This document shows, piece after piece, positions 9,708 through 20,284 of a DNA stretch of 64,000 nucleotides. The stretch spans positions 59,747-123,746 of the forward strand of contig CAVQLX010000006.1 in the NCBI GenBank assembly GCA_963713495.1, in the 5' to 3' direction. The DNA is from an uncultured delta proteobacterium. GTDB lineage: Bacteria > Desulfobacterota > Binatia > DP-6. How positions within the stretch are numbered: the stretch's first letter is position 1; each line of letters starts with the position of its first letter. The notes below the pieces were generated by a model. The model searched no databases. It was not told where the DNA came from and worked only from the letters and a program-made list of their open reading frames with translations. A program made the translations under genes and the position numbers.

Positions 9708-11198
9708 TCAGCGGTCGGGCTTGTGCCGACCGGAGTGTAGGCCGGAGAGGTCGCGCGCGACCATCGTGTTGCGATCGGACACGCTGCTGCCGAGCGCGAA
9801 CTGCGGCCAGAGGCCGGCGATCTCCTGCCGGCTGCGTTCGCTCCACGCCCGGGCGAGTCGGCTGCGCGTCTTGTAGAAGTTCAACGCGAAGCCGCCGGTG
9901 TACAGCCGCAGGAGGGAGAAGCCGCCGGGATACTCCTTGCCCGCGGCGATCTCCTGCATCGTGACCCCGGGTGCGATCGGGCTGATCGTGCGCTTGTTGC
10001 GGTGCGTGTGGCCCGCGTGATGCAGGAACAGTCCGGGAGTCTGCGCGTAGTCGTCCAGGATCGTCGCCACCTGTCCGACCTCGAGCGCGTTGCTCGGCGT
10101 GATGGGGAACGGCGACTTCTCGACGATCAGGGGATGGTGGCCGAACACGATGGTCGGCTGGTCGCGCTCCTTGGCGAGCTCGGCGCGGAACCAGGCGAGC
10201 TGTTCGGTGGAGAGCGCGCCGGCATCGTTGCCCCGGCCGGGCTTGTCGTAGGTGTCGATCCCGATGACCCGGAGGCCCCGGAGCTCGCGGCTGAAGTAGG
10301 TCGGCTCGTCTCCGGGGAAGAAGTGATCGTGGAAGCAGTCGTTGCCCTGCCACTGGCCGATGCGACACGCGGCATACGCCTCACCGGTATGCGCGCGATC
10401 GTGATTGCCGCGCGTGACGAAGTAGTCGCGGCGATACTTGCCGAATCGTCTGAGCAGCTTCCCCGCCTTGCTGAGATCGACCGGCGCGGCCTCGGCGGTG
10501 ATGTCGCCGGCGGCCAGCAGGAACGACGCGCCGAGCGCGCTCGCGTCCTCGACGAGTGACTTGAGCATCACCTCCGGGTAGGGCGGCAGGCCGGGAGCCT
10601 GCTGGATCCCGGGGATGCTCGAGCCGCCGAGGAGCCCGGCCGTCGTCTCACCCATGTGCAGGTCGTTGCACAGCACGATGGAGAAGAGGAATCGCCCCGG
10701 CGGCGGCTCGGGAACGGTGAAGCTGTACGGACCGCCGGTGGTCAGGCCGAAGTCGGAGGTGCCGACCGCGTTGCCGCTGATGAGCGTGAACGGCGTCGGA
10801 GGGACCGGGATGTCGTTCGACCGGGCCTGGTAGTAGTACGTCTCTCCCGGCTCGAGCCCGTTGAGCTCGACGTAGTGATACGGCGTGTCGCGCGAGCGAT
10901 CACCGGCCACCCGGTTCAGCCGCTGCGGGTCGGTTCCCCAGTAGACGACGCCGTCGGCCGGAGCGGGCTCCATCCGACCGAGGCCGTCGTCGGTCCCCGT
11001 GTATCCCGTGTACCAGGTGATGATCGCCCGGTCTTCGGTGAGAGTCACCAGCTCGAGGTTCACCGGCGACACGGCGCCCTTGCGGCTGGCTGCGGCGGCG
11101 ACCCCGTTGTCGAACAGGCGGCGAGCGAAGAACGGTGAGGCCGCGGCTACGGCGGTCCACCGCAGAAAGTCCCGTCGGGTGAAGTCACAACCAGGCAC
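9708..11198 (-). CDS. Tat-secreted metallophosphoesterase (purple-acid-phosphatase-like, with an N-terminal FN3-like domain)
   Basis: Twin-arginine motif MPGCDFTRRDFLRWTAVAAASPFFA. Calcineurin-like motifs GDITAE, GNHD, GHHPL and GHTH are present. Confidence 0.8.
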   Translation of the reverse strand: MPGCDFTRRDFLRWTAVAAASPFFARRLFDNGVAAAASRKGAVSPVNLELVTLTEDRAIITWYTGYTGTDDGLGRMEPAPADGVVYWGTDPQRLNRVAGDRSRDTPYHYVELNGLEPGETYYYQARSNDIPVPPTPFTLISGNAVGTSDFGLTTGGPYSFTVPEPPPGRFLFSIVLCNDLHMGETTAGLLGGSSIPGIQQAPGLPPYPEVMLKSLVEDASALGASFLLAAGDITAEAAPVDLSKAGKLLRRFGKYRRDYFVTRGNHDRAHTGEAYAACRIGQWQGNDCFHDHFFPGDEPTYFSRELRGLRVIGIDTYDKPGRGNDAGALSTEQLAWFRAELAKERDQPTIVFGHHPLIVEKSPFPITPSNALEVGQVATILDDYAQTPGLFLHHAGHTHRNKRTISPIAPGVTMQEIAAGKEYPGGFSLLRLYTGGFALNFYKTRSRLARAWSERSRQEIAGLWPQFALGSSVSDRNTMVARDLSGLHSGRHKPDR

Positions 11199-11229
11199 GA
11201 TCCCAACCTACCGGTTCCGACGCAGAACG

Positions 11230-11943
11230 GCAGCTATGCCACGAAACGCAGGGGTCGTCTCCATCGTGACGCGTTGCGGAACCGCAAGCATGCTCCTCGT
11301 GAAACGCCAGAGCGAGTCTCTCGGGGTCAACCCGTCGCACTCCTTGCTCACGCCCGCTCCCACCCGAGGGCGTCACCGGCGTGCCTTCGCGGACGCCGCA
11401 CCGTTACGCTTGAGCTCCGCCCACAATGCCTGCGCGACCACGCCGTGCGCCCGGTCACGACGCCGCATCGCGAACAGCTCCATCACCTCGATCTCGAACT
11501 CCGGGACCTGAAGGCGCACCACGGTCCTTGACGCCAGCGCGTCGGCGACGACGTGCTCGTGGAGCCGCCCCAGGGCATCCCGGCCAGGATCACGTCCCGC
11601 TTCGCGGTCACGGCGGTCACGGTCCAGCGCAACGCCGCCCTCGAGCACGTTCAGCGACGGCGACGCTGGGTCGTGCGCGCTGTCGCGCAGGACGATCTGC
11701 GGGTGCGGGCGCAGCAGCGCCGGCGGGATGGCCGTGCCGCCGGTGTCGGCGGACGATCGGGCGCGCAAGGGCGGACGTGCACGCGCTGAGCGACAGTCTC
11801 GGCTTGCGCCGCGCCGAGCTGGTCGCGACACGGCATCCGCCCGCTCGTCGCGCAGCGCATCCACCGCGCCGGCCAGCCGCTCGGTCGAGAGCTCGATGCG
11901 GCACCGCGGGAAAGCGCTCCTGCACCACGCGCAGGATGGTCAT
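11230..11943 (-). pseudogene. LysR-family regulator remnant: substrate-binding domain only, no HTH, frame-disrupted
   Basis: Minus-strand pieces MTILRVVQERFP / RIELSTERLAGAVDALRDERADA / VRLQVPEFEIEVMELFAM resemble the LysR co-inducer-binding domain. No N-terminal wHTH is found upstream. Confidence 0.35.
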
Positions 11944-12000
11944 GATCGGACCGACGGGTGTGTGTCATCCGCACGCCGCTCGTCGGCGACGGCGCCGATG

Positions 12001-12138
12001 ACATGGCGGCGGTCCACCCGCTCGGACGCATCGGCGAGGTGGGAGAGACGTCCGACGCCGTGCTCTACCTTGCGCGCGCGGCGTTCGTCACCGGAACGAC
12101 GCTCGCCGTGGACGGAGGATATTCCCGTGGGCGCTGAG
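12001..12138 (+). pseudogene. Orphan C-terminal tail of a short-chain dehydrogenase
   Basis: MAAVHPLGRIGEVGETSDAVLYLARAAFVTGTTLAVDGGYSRGR* is the canonical SDR C-terminus. No upstream Rossmann portion is present. Confidence 0.4.
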
Positions 12139-12146
12139 GCGTCCGC

Positions 12147-13115
12147 TCACTCGAGGAGCCGCATGTGTCCCTCGTCGTTCAGCGTCTTCGCGAACGACGG
12201 CTCGTACGCGAGCTCCGGCGCCTGGCGGACCAACCGGTCGAGAGCCTGCGCATCCTGTCCGACCAGCACGCGCCAGGTGTCGGTGCGGACGCCCTCGAGG
12301 ATCGTCGACGCCGCCTGCGCCGCCGAGGTCGGTGCATGATCGCGAAAGGCGAGCGCCATCTGGTGCATCGCGGCGCGAAGCTGGTCGTCGGTCATGGCAT
12401 CCGCCGGGAGGCCGCGCCGGACCAGCATCGCACGGATCGTCGCGACGTCCTCGGCCGATGCGGACAGCGCATCGGCTTTGCCGAGCACCTTGGGCGAGTT
12501 GAGCAGGATCGACGTCCCGACGTGTCCGGGCATGACCAGCACGGCCTTCACGTGCGGGGCGTTCAGCCGCAGGTCGGTGATCAGGGCCTCGGTGAACCCC
12601 TTCACGGCGAACTTGGCGCTGCTGTACGCCGTGTGCGACACGCTCGGCCCGAGCGACGCCCAGAATCCGTTCACGCTGCTGGTGTTGATGATGCAGCCCT
12701 CGTCGCTGGCGACGAGCAAGGGCAAGAAGGCCCGCGCACAGTAGTACACGCCGGACCAGCAGACGTTGAACGTGCGCTCCCACTCGGCGCGGTCGCCGTT
12801 CACGAAGCTCCCGCCTCCGCCGATCCCGGCGTTGTTGAAGAGCAGGTTGATGTGCTTGGTCGCGTGCGCCGTCACGACCGCGTCGCGAAACGCCAGCACC
12901 TGGGCCTCGACGGACACGTCGCACGCGTGGGTCGTGACCCGTGCGCCGGCGCAGGCCACGCCTTCGGCCAGACGCTTCGTCTCGCTCATGTTCTCGGTCG
13001 AGACGTCGCAGATCGCCACGTGACAACCCTCGGCGGCGAGCTGCGTGGTGAGCTCGCGTCCCATTCCCGTGCCGCCGCCGGTGACGACGGCCAGTTTCCC
13101 GCGGAAGGTCTTCAT
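12147..13115 (-). CDS. Short-chain dehydrogenase/reductase (SDR) family oxidoreductase
   Basis: [21 protein letters not shown] (TGxxxGxG) ... NNAG ... S-Y-K triad region YSSAKFAV. Confidence 0.8.
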   Translation of the reverse strand: MKTFRGKLAVVTGGGTGMGRELTTQLAAEGCHVAICDVSTENMSETKRLAEGVACAGARVTTHACDVSVEAQVLAFRDAVVTAHATKHINLLFNNAGIGGGGSFVNGDRAEWERTFNVCWSGVYYCARAFLPLLVASDEGCIINTSSVNGFWASLGPSVSHTAYSSAKFAVKGFTEALITDLRLNAPHVKAVLVMPGHVGTSILLNSPKVLGKADALSASAEDVATIRAMLVRRGLPADAMTDDQLRAAMHQMALAFRDHAPTSAAQAASTILEGVRTDTWRVLVGQDAQALDRLVRQAPELAYEPSFAKTLNDEGHMRLLE

Positions 13116-13170
13116 GCTTGCCGGCACATAGCGGGCCCTGCGCGTCGCTGTCCAGTCGCGCAGGTCGGTC

Positions 13171-14637
13171 CTAGGTGACACGTCCCGCAGCGCGATCCCC
13201 AGCGCATCGGCGACGCCTTCGCCGTAGGCGGGATCGGCCTGGGTGCAGTTGGCGATGTGACGCCGCTGGATCGCCTCCGGCGCACCGTTGATGGCCCGCG
13301 CGGTGTTCTCGAACAGGGCCTGCTGCTGTTCCGCGCGTCATCAGGCGGAACAGGTTGCCGGGCTGCGAATAGTAGTCGCGTCGTCCTCGCGGTAGTTGCA
13401 ACGATCGGCACCGCCCGCCACCGCCGAGCGCCGGCTCGCGGTAGGCGGGCTGCTCCTGCCACCCGCCGTAGCTGTTCGGCTCGTTGCCCAGCGTGCCGCC
13501 CTGGTTGCCGTCGACGCGCATCGCACCGTCGCGGTGGTAGCTGTTCACCGGGCACCGCGCGTGCGTTCACCGGGATCTGATGGTGGTTGACCCCGAGGCG
13601 GTACCGCTGCGCGTCGCCGTAGCGAGAACAGCCGACCCTGCAGCATCTTGTCGGGCGAGAAACCGATGCCCGGGCACGACGTTGGCCGGGTTGAAGGCGG
13701 CCTGCTCGACCTCGGCGAAGTAGTTGTCGGGATTGCGGTTGAGCTCCCACTCGCCGACCTCGATCAGCGGGTAGTCCTTCTGCGGCCACACCTTGGTGAG
13801 GTCGAACGGGTGGTACGGGACCTTCGCGGCCTCGGCCTCGGGCATGATCTGGACGTACAGCTTCCACTTCGGGAAGTCGCCGCGCTCGATGCTCTCGTAC
13901 AGATCGCGCTGGTGGCTCTCGCGGTCCTTGCCGATGAGCGCCTCGGCCTCGGCGTCGGTGAGGTTCTTGATGCCCTGCTGCGACGTGAAGTGGAACTTGA
14001 CCCAGAAGCGCTCGCCCTTCGCGTTGATGAAGCTGAAGGTGTGCGACGCCGAAGCCGTGCATGTGGCGGTACGAAGCCGGGAATGCCGCGGTCGGACATG
14101 ACGATCGTGACCTGGTGCAGCGACTCGGGCAGCTTGGTCCAGAAGTCCCAGTTGTTCTCGGCGCTGCGCAGGTTGGTGCGCGGGTCGCGCTTCACCGCGT
14201 GGTTGAGGTCGGGGAACTTCAGCGGGTCGCGGAAGAAGAAGACCGGGGTGTTGTTGCCGACGAGGTCCCAGTTGCCCTCCTCGGTGTAGAACTTCACCGC
14301 GAAGCCACGGATGTCCCGCTCGGCGTCGGCCGCACCGCGTTCGCCCGCGACGGTGGAGAAGCGAGCGAACATCTCCGTCTTCTTGCCGACCTGCGGAGAA
14401 GATGCTTCGCCCAGGTGTAGCGCGTGATGTCGTTGGTGACGGTGAAGGTCCCGTAGGCGCCGGAACCCTTGGCGTGCATCCGACGCTCCGGGATGACCTC
14501 GCGGTCGAAGTGCGCGAGCTTCTCCAGGAACCAGACGTCCTGCAGCAGCATCGGGCCCGGGGGCCGGCGGTGAGCACGTTCTGGTTGTCGACCACGGGGC
14601 AGCCGACGCTCGTGGTCAGCTTCTTCTTCTCGCCCAT
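13171..14637 (-). CDS. katA: Monofunctional haem catalase (clade 3, KatA-like), interrupted by four or more single-base frameshifts
   Basis: Consecutive catalase blocks lie in different frames: [29 protein letters not shown] / [39 protein letters not shown] / [43 protein letters not shown] / [19 protein letters not shown]...[18 protein letters not shown] / [14 protein letters not shown] / [17 protein letters not shown]. Each piece is near-consensus. Confidence 0.85.
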
Positions 14638-14679
14638 GTGACTCTCCTCTCGAGCGACGCGATTTCGGTCCTGCGCCGA

Positions 14680-15987
14680 TCAGCCTGGAAGCGGACCGGT
14701 GGCGCGACCGGCGCGCGTGTCCGCGGGGATGGCGGGAAGCTGCATCCTGCGCCGTCCGAGGATGAGCAGCCGCTCGAGCCACGTGAGATCGTTCGGCGGG
14801 ACCTTGGGAATGACGTGGTACCGGACGCGAACCTCCCCGTCGGCCTCGGTGAGCTCGAAGTAGTTGAGCTGGTATGACGGGACGTAGACACCGGGGAGGC
14901 GGCCGATCCGGACCGGCACGTAGTCGAGCCGTTTGAGCCAGGTCCCCGTGTTGATCACGTAGCGCCCGTCGACCTCGCGCAGGGACGGGATGTGCGTGTG
15001 CCCGTACACGAACAGGACCACCGACGGATCCGCGGCGAAGATCTCCCTGGCGGCCGCGATGTACTGGGCGTCCTTCTCGAGATGCAGATTCTCACCCCTG
15101 CTCACCCCGTAGCGGGCGATCGCCGCGCGCGTGTCCCGCAGCAGGAAGTACAGCGGCACGGACAGGAGCAGCAGGGTGGCGATGACTGTGCTGTTCACGA
15201 ACTGGACCAGGTCGATGAGGCGACCGGGGAAGCCCAGGATCGGCTGCAGGTCGATGTCGAAGACGGGTGTTTGCCGCCCGAGCAGGCGCTCGAGCGTCCG
15301 GATGCCGAAGACGACCGCGCTCGCGGAGAAGAGCAGGAGGAAGGGAAGCAGGCCCCAGCGGAGGACCGGCGCCATCTCCTTGTAGAAGTGGTTCGACAGC
15401 GCCCAGAACGGGATGTCCTCGTTCGGATACACCGACTCCACGTCGTCGAGCCATCGGGCCTTCGCGCGCTCGGCGCTCCGCCCGGCCGCGGCGACGACGC
15501 CGCTCGTGATGAAGTACCCGAGCGGGAGGCCGTAGCGGTTGCCGAAGTCGGGGAAGCGATTGAAGGCGTCGTACTGATTGCCGTGCTCGATCCAGACCGT
15601 GTGGCCCGCGATCGTCCGGGTGATGTGCACCACGGGCTCGAGGTGGATGTTGTATCGCGCGAGCTCGGTTCGGTACGCCGGCACGCAGGCCAGGTCGTAG
15701 TCGTGGTTTCCGGGCAGCAGCGTGATCGTCACGCGCTCGCCGGTCTCGCGAAACTGGCGGAACAGCGCGGGACACATGGCGGCGATTCGCTCCAGCTTGG
15801 ACGGACCCTCGCGATCGGTCAGCTCCCAGAATCCGAAGGCATCGCCCACGATGATGAGCTCGGCGGGCTGGGGCCCGACGGCGATCTCCGCGAGGAAGGC
15901 GACGAGCTCAGGCTCGAAGTCGCAGCGAGCGAGTCCCCCGTCGCCTCCGATGTGCAGGTCACTGATGAGGTAGTAGGTCGTCGCCAT
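14680..15987 (-). CDS. Membrane-associated metallophosphoesterase (calcineurin-like)
   Basis: Starts [18 protein letters not shown]; motifs GDAFGFWE and LPGNHD; central hydrophobic segments ([33 protein letters not shown]); C-terminal YGHTH. Confidence 0.75.
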   Translation of the reverse strand: MATTYYLISDLHIGGDGGLARCDFEPELVAFLAEIAVGPQPAELIIVGDAFGFWELTDREGPSKLERIAAMCPALFRQFRETGERVTITLLPGNHDYDLACVPAYRTELARYNIHLEPVVHITRTIAGHTVWIEHGNQYDAFNRFPDFGNRYGLPLGYFITSGVVAAAGRSAERAKARWLDDVESVYPNEDIPFWALSNHFYKEMAPVLRWGLLPFLLLFSASAVVFGIRTLERLLGRQTPVFDIDLQPILGFPGRLIDLVQFVNSTVIATLLLLSVPLYFLLRDTRAAIARYGVSRGENLHLEKDAQYIAAAREIFAADPSVVLFVYGHTHIPSLREVDGRYVINTGTWLKRLDYVPVRIGRLPGVYVPSYQLNYFELTEADGEVRVRYHVIPKVPPNDLTWLERLLILGRRRMQLPAIPADTRAGRATGPLPG

Positions 15988-16313
15988 CGACGCTGCGCTC
16001 AGGGTGAGGCGCGAGGCTATCCCAGAACGCGGGACGCTCAAAAGAGCGCGCGCGGACGGGACGACTCCCTCGCCGCGCCGAGCTGCGCTACTATTTCGGG
16101 TAGCGGCTGTTACCGGCTCGGGGCCCTCGGCGAGACGGCCACCTCGTCGGCTCGGGCCACGCGACAGCGTGACGCTCTGGATGGTGCCGGGGATGGCTGC
16201 GCGCCTCGCGCGGATCCAAAGGGGACGACGTCTCGCAACGATCCACCGGCCGGGCCTTGGCCCGGGGGAAATCCCATCGGACTCAATGAAAAAGGCTTGC
16301 AGTTCGCGCGTGA

Positions 16314-16329
16314 GGCATGGCATGCCCTT
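16314..16329 (+). promoter_or_regulatory. Candidate sigma-54 (-24/-12) promoter, TGGCAT-N5-TTGC, about 85 bp upstream of the acylase start
   Basis: The sequence tggcatgccctttgc matches TGGCAC-N5-TTGCW with the GG/GC spacing conserved. It lies in the 424-bp divergent intergenic region. Confidence 0.3.
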
Positions 16330-16410
16330 TGCCTCTTACCGGCCTCCACTCTCGCGCGCCGCAGCTTCGTCGGAATCGGTGCAGCTCGACTGATAGAAGG
16401 GAAGAACCTG

Positions 16411-18808
16411 GTGAAACGATCGCTCTGCTCAATCCTGGCGCTTGGTGTTCTCGCCGCGGTCCCCGCAATGGCTTCGGACCTTGCGCGGTACGTCCTGCCG
16501 CCCGGCAACTTCGGCGGCGTACCGTTCACCGTCAACTCCACGGACCAGCTTCCGCTCTACTCCGGTCTCAGCCCGCTGCGTGACAACATCACGGCGGCCG
16601 ATATCGACCACTTCTACCTTCCCGAGGACTTCACGCCGATCGAGCCGTCGCACGAGGAAGCGACCGGGCGGCCTGGACTTCGCCTCGTCTACGACGCGTA
16701 CGGCATCCCGCACGTCTATGGCCAGACCCGGGCGGACGTCGCGTTCGGGGCCGGATGGACCACGGCGCGCGACCGCGGGCTCCTGATCCAGATCGGCCGC
16801 GGCCCCGCGCGCGTCGCCGTCGCCGACGTGCCCAACATCGACGCCTTCTCGCTGGTGACCAGCCTCCAGACGTTCACGCCGAGCGCGGCGGCCGAGGCCC
16901 TGGTGACGCAGCAGGCGCAGCTCCTGGTCGACGTGTACGGCGCGAAGGGGCAGGAGATCCTGAGCGATGCCCAGGCCTACGCCGACGGCATCAACGCCTA
17001 CTGGGCGGCGAACAACATGAACCAGGCGCCCGCGACCGTCAACGACGTCATCGCGGTCACGGCATTCATCGGGTCGATCTTCGGCGCCGGTGGCGGCGGC
17101 GAGGCGGCGAACTCCAACCTGCTCGCCAAGCTCGATCAGTCCCTCGGCGCGGACAGGGGCCACCAGGCATGGGTCGACGTCATGCTGGCCGACGACCCCG
17201 AGGCCCCGACCACGACCAAGCGAAAGTTCAAGTACCCGGCTGTTGACCGGTGGCCCGGTGACGGGCTCGGTGGTTCTCGATCCCGACTCCATCCAGAGCA
17301 TCGACCCGCGCCAGCCGGCCGCGGCGGCCGCCGCGGCACCCGCTCGCCGGCGCGCGTCGAACTTCCTGGTCGCGGCGCCGTCACGCTCGGCGTCGCACAA
17401 CTCGCTCGCCGTGATGGGTCCGCAGCTCGGCTACTACTACCCGGAGATCGTGCAGCAGATCGATCTCCACGGCCCCGGCATCAACGCGCAGGGCGCCGCC
17501 GTGCCCGGCCTCGCCATGTACATCCTCATCGGTCGCACGCCGGACTACGCGTGGAGCCTCACCTCCGCGGGACACGACGTGCGCGACGTGTACGCCGAGG
17601 AGCTCTGCGAGCCCGATTCCTCGGCGCCGACGCGGGCGTCGACGCACTACCTCTACAACGGCGTGTGTCAGGCCTTCGACATCTTCAACGCCGGCACGCT
17701 CGGCACCACGCCGCTGATCTATCCGGTCTCGGCGCACGGCCCCGTGTTCGCCACCGCCACCGTCGGCGGAAAGCCGTACGCCCTCTCGCGCCGTCGCTCG
17801 ACGTTCGGCCGCGACGCCCTCAACCTCGGGGCGCTGAAGGACATGACCGAGGGCCAGGCGTCCAGTCCGTCGCGGTTCTGGCGCGCCGCGAACCAGTTCG
17901 GGTTCACCTTCAACTGGGCATACGTGTCACGCAAGAAGACGGCCTACTTCTCCTCCGGCTACCTTCCGAAGCGTCCGCGCGGGCTCGATCGGCGGCTGCC
18001 GACGCTCGGAACGGGTCAGTACGAGTGGCAGGGGTTCCTGAGCCAGAAGAAGCATCCGCACGACGTGAACGGTCCCGGGGGCCTGCTGCTCAACTGGAAC
18101 AACCGCTCGGCGCCCGGGTTCATGCACGGAGACGACGAGCCCTACGGGTCCGTGCAGCGGGTGGAGATGTTCAACAAGTGGCCGCCGAGCCCGCAGATCA
18201 CCGACAACGTCGGCATCATGAATCGCGCCGCCACGCAGGACGTGCGCTCGCCCGTGTGGCCCGTCGTGAGCCGGGCCCTCCACATGAGTGCGGCCCCGAG
18301 CCCCCGCGACCAGCAGGTGGTGGACATCCTCGACGACTGGGTGGTCAATCGCGACGCCCCCCGTCTCGATGCGGACAACGACGGGTTCTACGACGAGGCC
18401 GGTCCGGTGATCATGGACGCGCTCTGGCGCCCGATCGCGAATGCGGTCATGTCGCCGGTGTTCGGCTCGCTCATCGGCGACCTGGACAACGTTCGCGACC
18501 TCGACGGCCTGGAGGGCGAGTCCTACGTGGACAAGGACCTCCGCACACTGCTGGGCGAGCCGGTGATCGGGCCGTTCAATCTTTCGTACTGTGGCCTCGG
18601 ATCGCTCATGCCGTGCGTCGACTCCCTGTGGCAGGCGGTCCACGCGACTGCCGACGCGCTCACCGCGCAGCAGGGTCAGGTGGACCCGAGCCTGTGGCGG
18701 AAGCCGGCGGCCCTTTCGGGCTTCGTGCCGGGACTGCTGCCGAACAAGTTCACCTTCACCAACCGGCCGACGTTCCAGCAGGTGCTGGAGTTCGACCGGC
18801 AGGGATAG
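16411..18808 (+). CDS. Penicillin-amidase-family Ntn hydrolase (penicillin/AHL acylase-like), with a GTG start and one frameshift near 17235
   Basis: Signal peptide (V)KRSLCSILALGVLAAVPAMA. The alpha-subunit ...YDAYGIPHVYGQTRADVAFGAGW; after the frame change the beta-subunit begins SNFLVAAP...(Ser nucleophile) and continues to the conserved C-terminus. Confidence 0.8.
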
Positions 18809-18817
18809 CGAGACCGC

Positions 18818-20284
18818 CTAGACACGCACGAAGTCGATGAAGCCGCGCTCCGGGTTCGTGTGCACGAGCCGCACGCGGACGCGGTCGCCGACGTCGAGCC
18901 CCTCCTGACCACGCTCGACGCGGCCCTCCACCGGCGGGTCGAACACGCGGACCCACGTGCCCTTGGCCGACGCGCCGGTCACGACGCCGTCGAACTGCTG
19001 GCCGATGCGGCTCGTCAGGAGACACGCGGCCGCAGCCTTCCGCACCATCCGCTCGACCTTCTGCGCGCCGTCCTCCTTGAGCGTGCATTCCGCGGCGAGC
19101 GCACCGAGCTCGTCCTTGGCGTACGGAATCTGCTCGCTCGCGAGCGCCGCGCGGACGAGGCGCTGGGTGACGAGATCCGGATAGCGCCGGTTCGGGGCGG
19201 TCGAGTGCGTGTACTCGCTCACCGCGAGTCCGAAGTGGCCGACGACCGCCTGCCCGGGAAAGCTCGCCACGTACTCGCCGCGTCCGAGCAGCTTGATGAT
19301 CGTCAGCGAGAGATCGGGAAAGCGGAGTGGATCGGCCGCGCGCCGCTTCAGCAGGAAGGCGTTCAGGGCAGGGGCGTCGGGCTCGCCGGGTAGCTGGCTC
19401 GCCGAACTCGCCGGCGAGCGCGACGATCCGTTCCCAGCGCTGGGGCGAGCGCACCACGCGGCGCAAGACGGGGAATCCCTGTGCTTCGAGGAAGCGCGCG
19501 ACGATCCCGTTGGCCGCGATCATGAAGTCCTCGATCAGGTTCTTGGCGCGGTTCGGCTTCTCGTCCGCGAGACGGCTGACGGTGTCGCCCTCGAACTCCG
19601 CGCGCACCTCCATGGTCTCCAGCTCGAGGGCTCCGTGGTCGTGGCGGTGCGCCTTCAGCCGTTGCGCCACGCCGTCCTGGAGCTTCAGGTTCTCCGCCAG
19701 CCCGGGAACGGCCGCGAGCGCGGGAGGCGGTGGGCCGTCGCCCTGCAGCCACGAGCCGACCGCATGGTATGCGAGCTTCGCGTGGTTGTGCACGACGGCG
19801 CGGTAGACCTTCGACTCCTGGCACACGCCGTCGTCGCCGACCGCGATCTCCGCCACCACCGCGAGGCGATCCTCGCCGGAATTGAGCGACGTCAGGTCGG
19901 TGCTCAACCGGTCGGGCAGCATCGGGAAGTTCCGCGGCGGCGTGTACACCGACGTGGTGTTGGTGCGGGCGTGTCGGTCGAGCGCGGACCCGCGGGCCAC
20001 CGTCGCGCTCACGTCCGCGACGGCCACGCGGATCGTCGTGCATCTCTCCTGCCGGGGCGTCCGCCACCGTGAGCTGGTCCAGATCGCGCGAGTCGTCGTT
20101 GTCGATCGAGCACCAGGGCAGCGCGCGCAGGTCGCGCTCGGCGCCGTCGCGCGGGCGCTGCGCCGGACAGGGCCCCGGCCTCGGCCAGGGCCGCGGGGGG
20201 GAAGTCGGGCTCGAGCCCGTGCTCGACCATCGCCTGCCGCGCGACGCGCAGAAGCAACGCGCGCTCGGATTCCCGGGCCGCCAT
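18818..20284 (-). CDS. RNase II/R-family 3'-5' exoribonuclease (RNB catalytic domain plus C-terminal S1-like domain, no N-terminal cold-shock domains), with two or more frameshifts
   Basis: LPWCSIDNDDSRDLDQLTVA (RNB start), NFPMLPDRLSTDLTSLNSGEDRLAV, HFGLAVSEYTHSTAPNRRYPDLVTQRLVRA (RNB motif IV), and the tail GTWVRVFDPPVEGRVER..VRVRLVHTNPERGFIDFVRV. The ATG at 20282-20284 overlaps the TGA of the upstream LOG gene. Confidence 0.7.

Noticed and set aside
12147-13181. Extended SDR ORF starting at 13181
   Set aside because: Its upstream 22 codons overlap the catalase C-terminus (...[15 protein letters not shown]), which ends at a TAG in another frame at 13171. The SDR most plausibly starts at the ATG at 13115 ([15 protein letters not shown]).
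14992-18840. 1282-aa plus-strand ORF
   Set aside because: It is a frame artefact. It reads the antisense of the metallophosphoesterase gene and then fuses into the first half of the penicillin-acylase gene. The real gene starts at the GTG at 16411 with a signal peptide.
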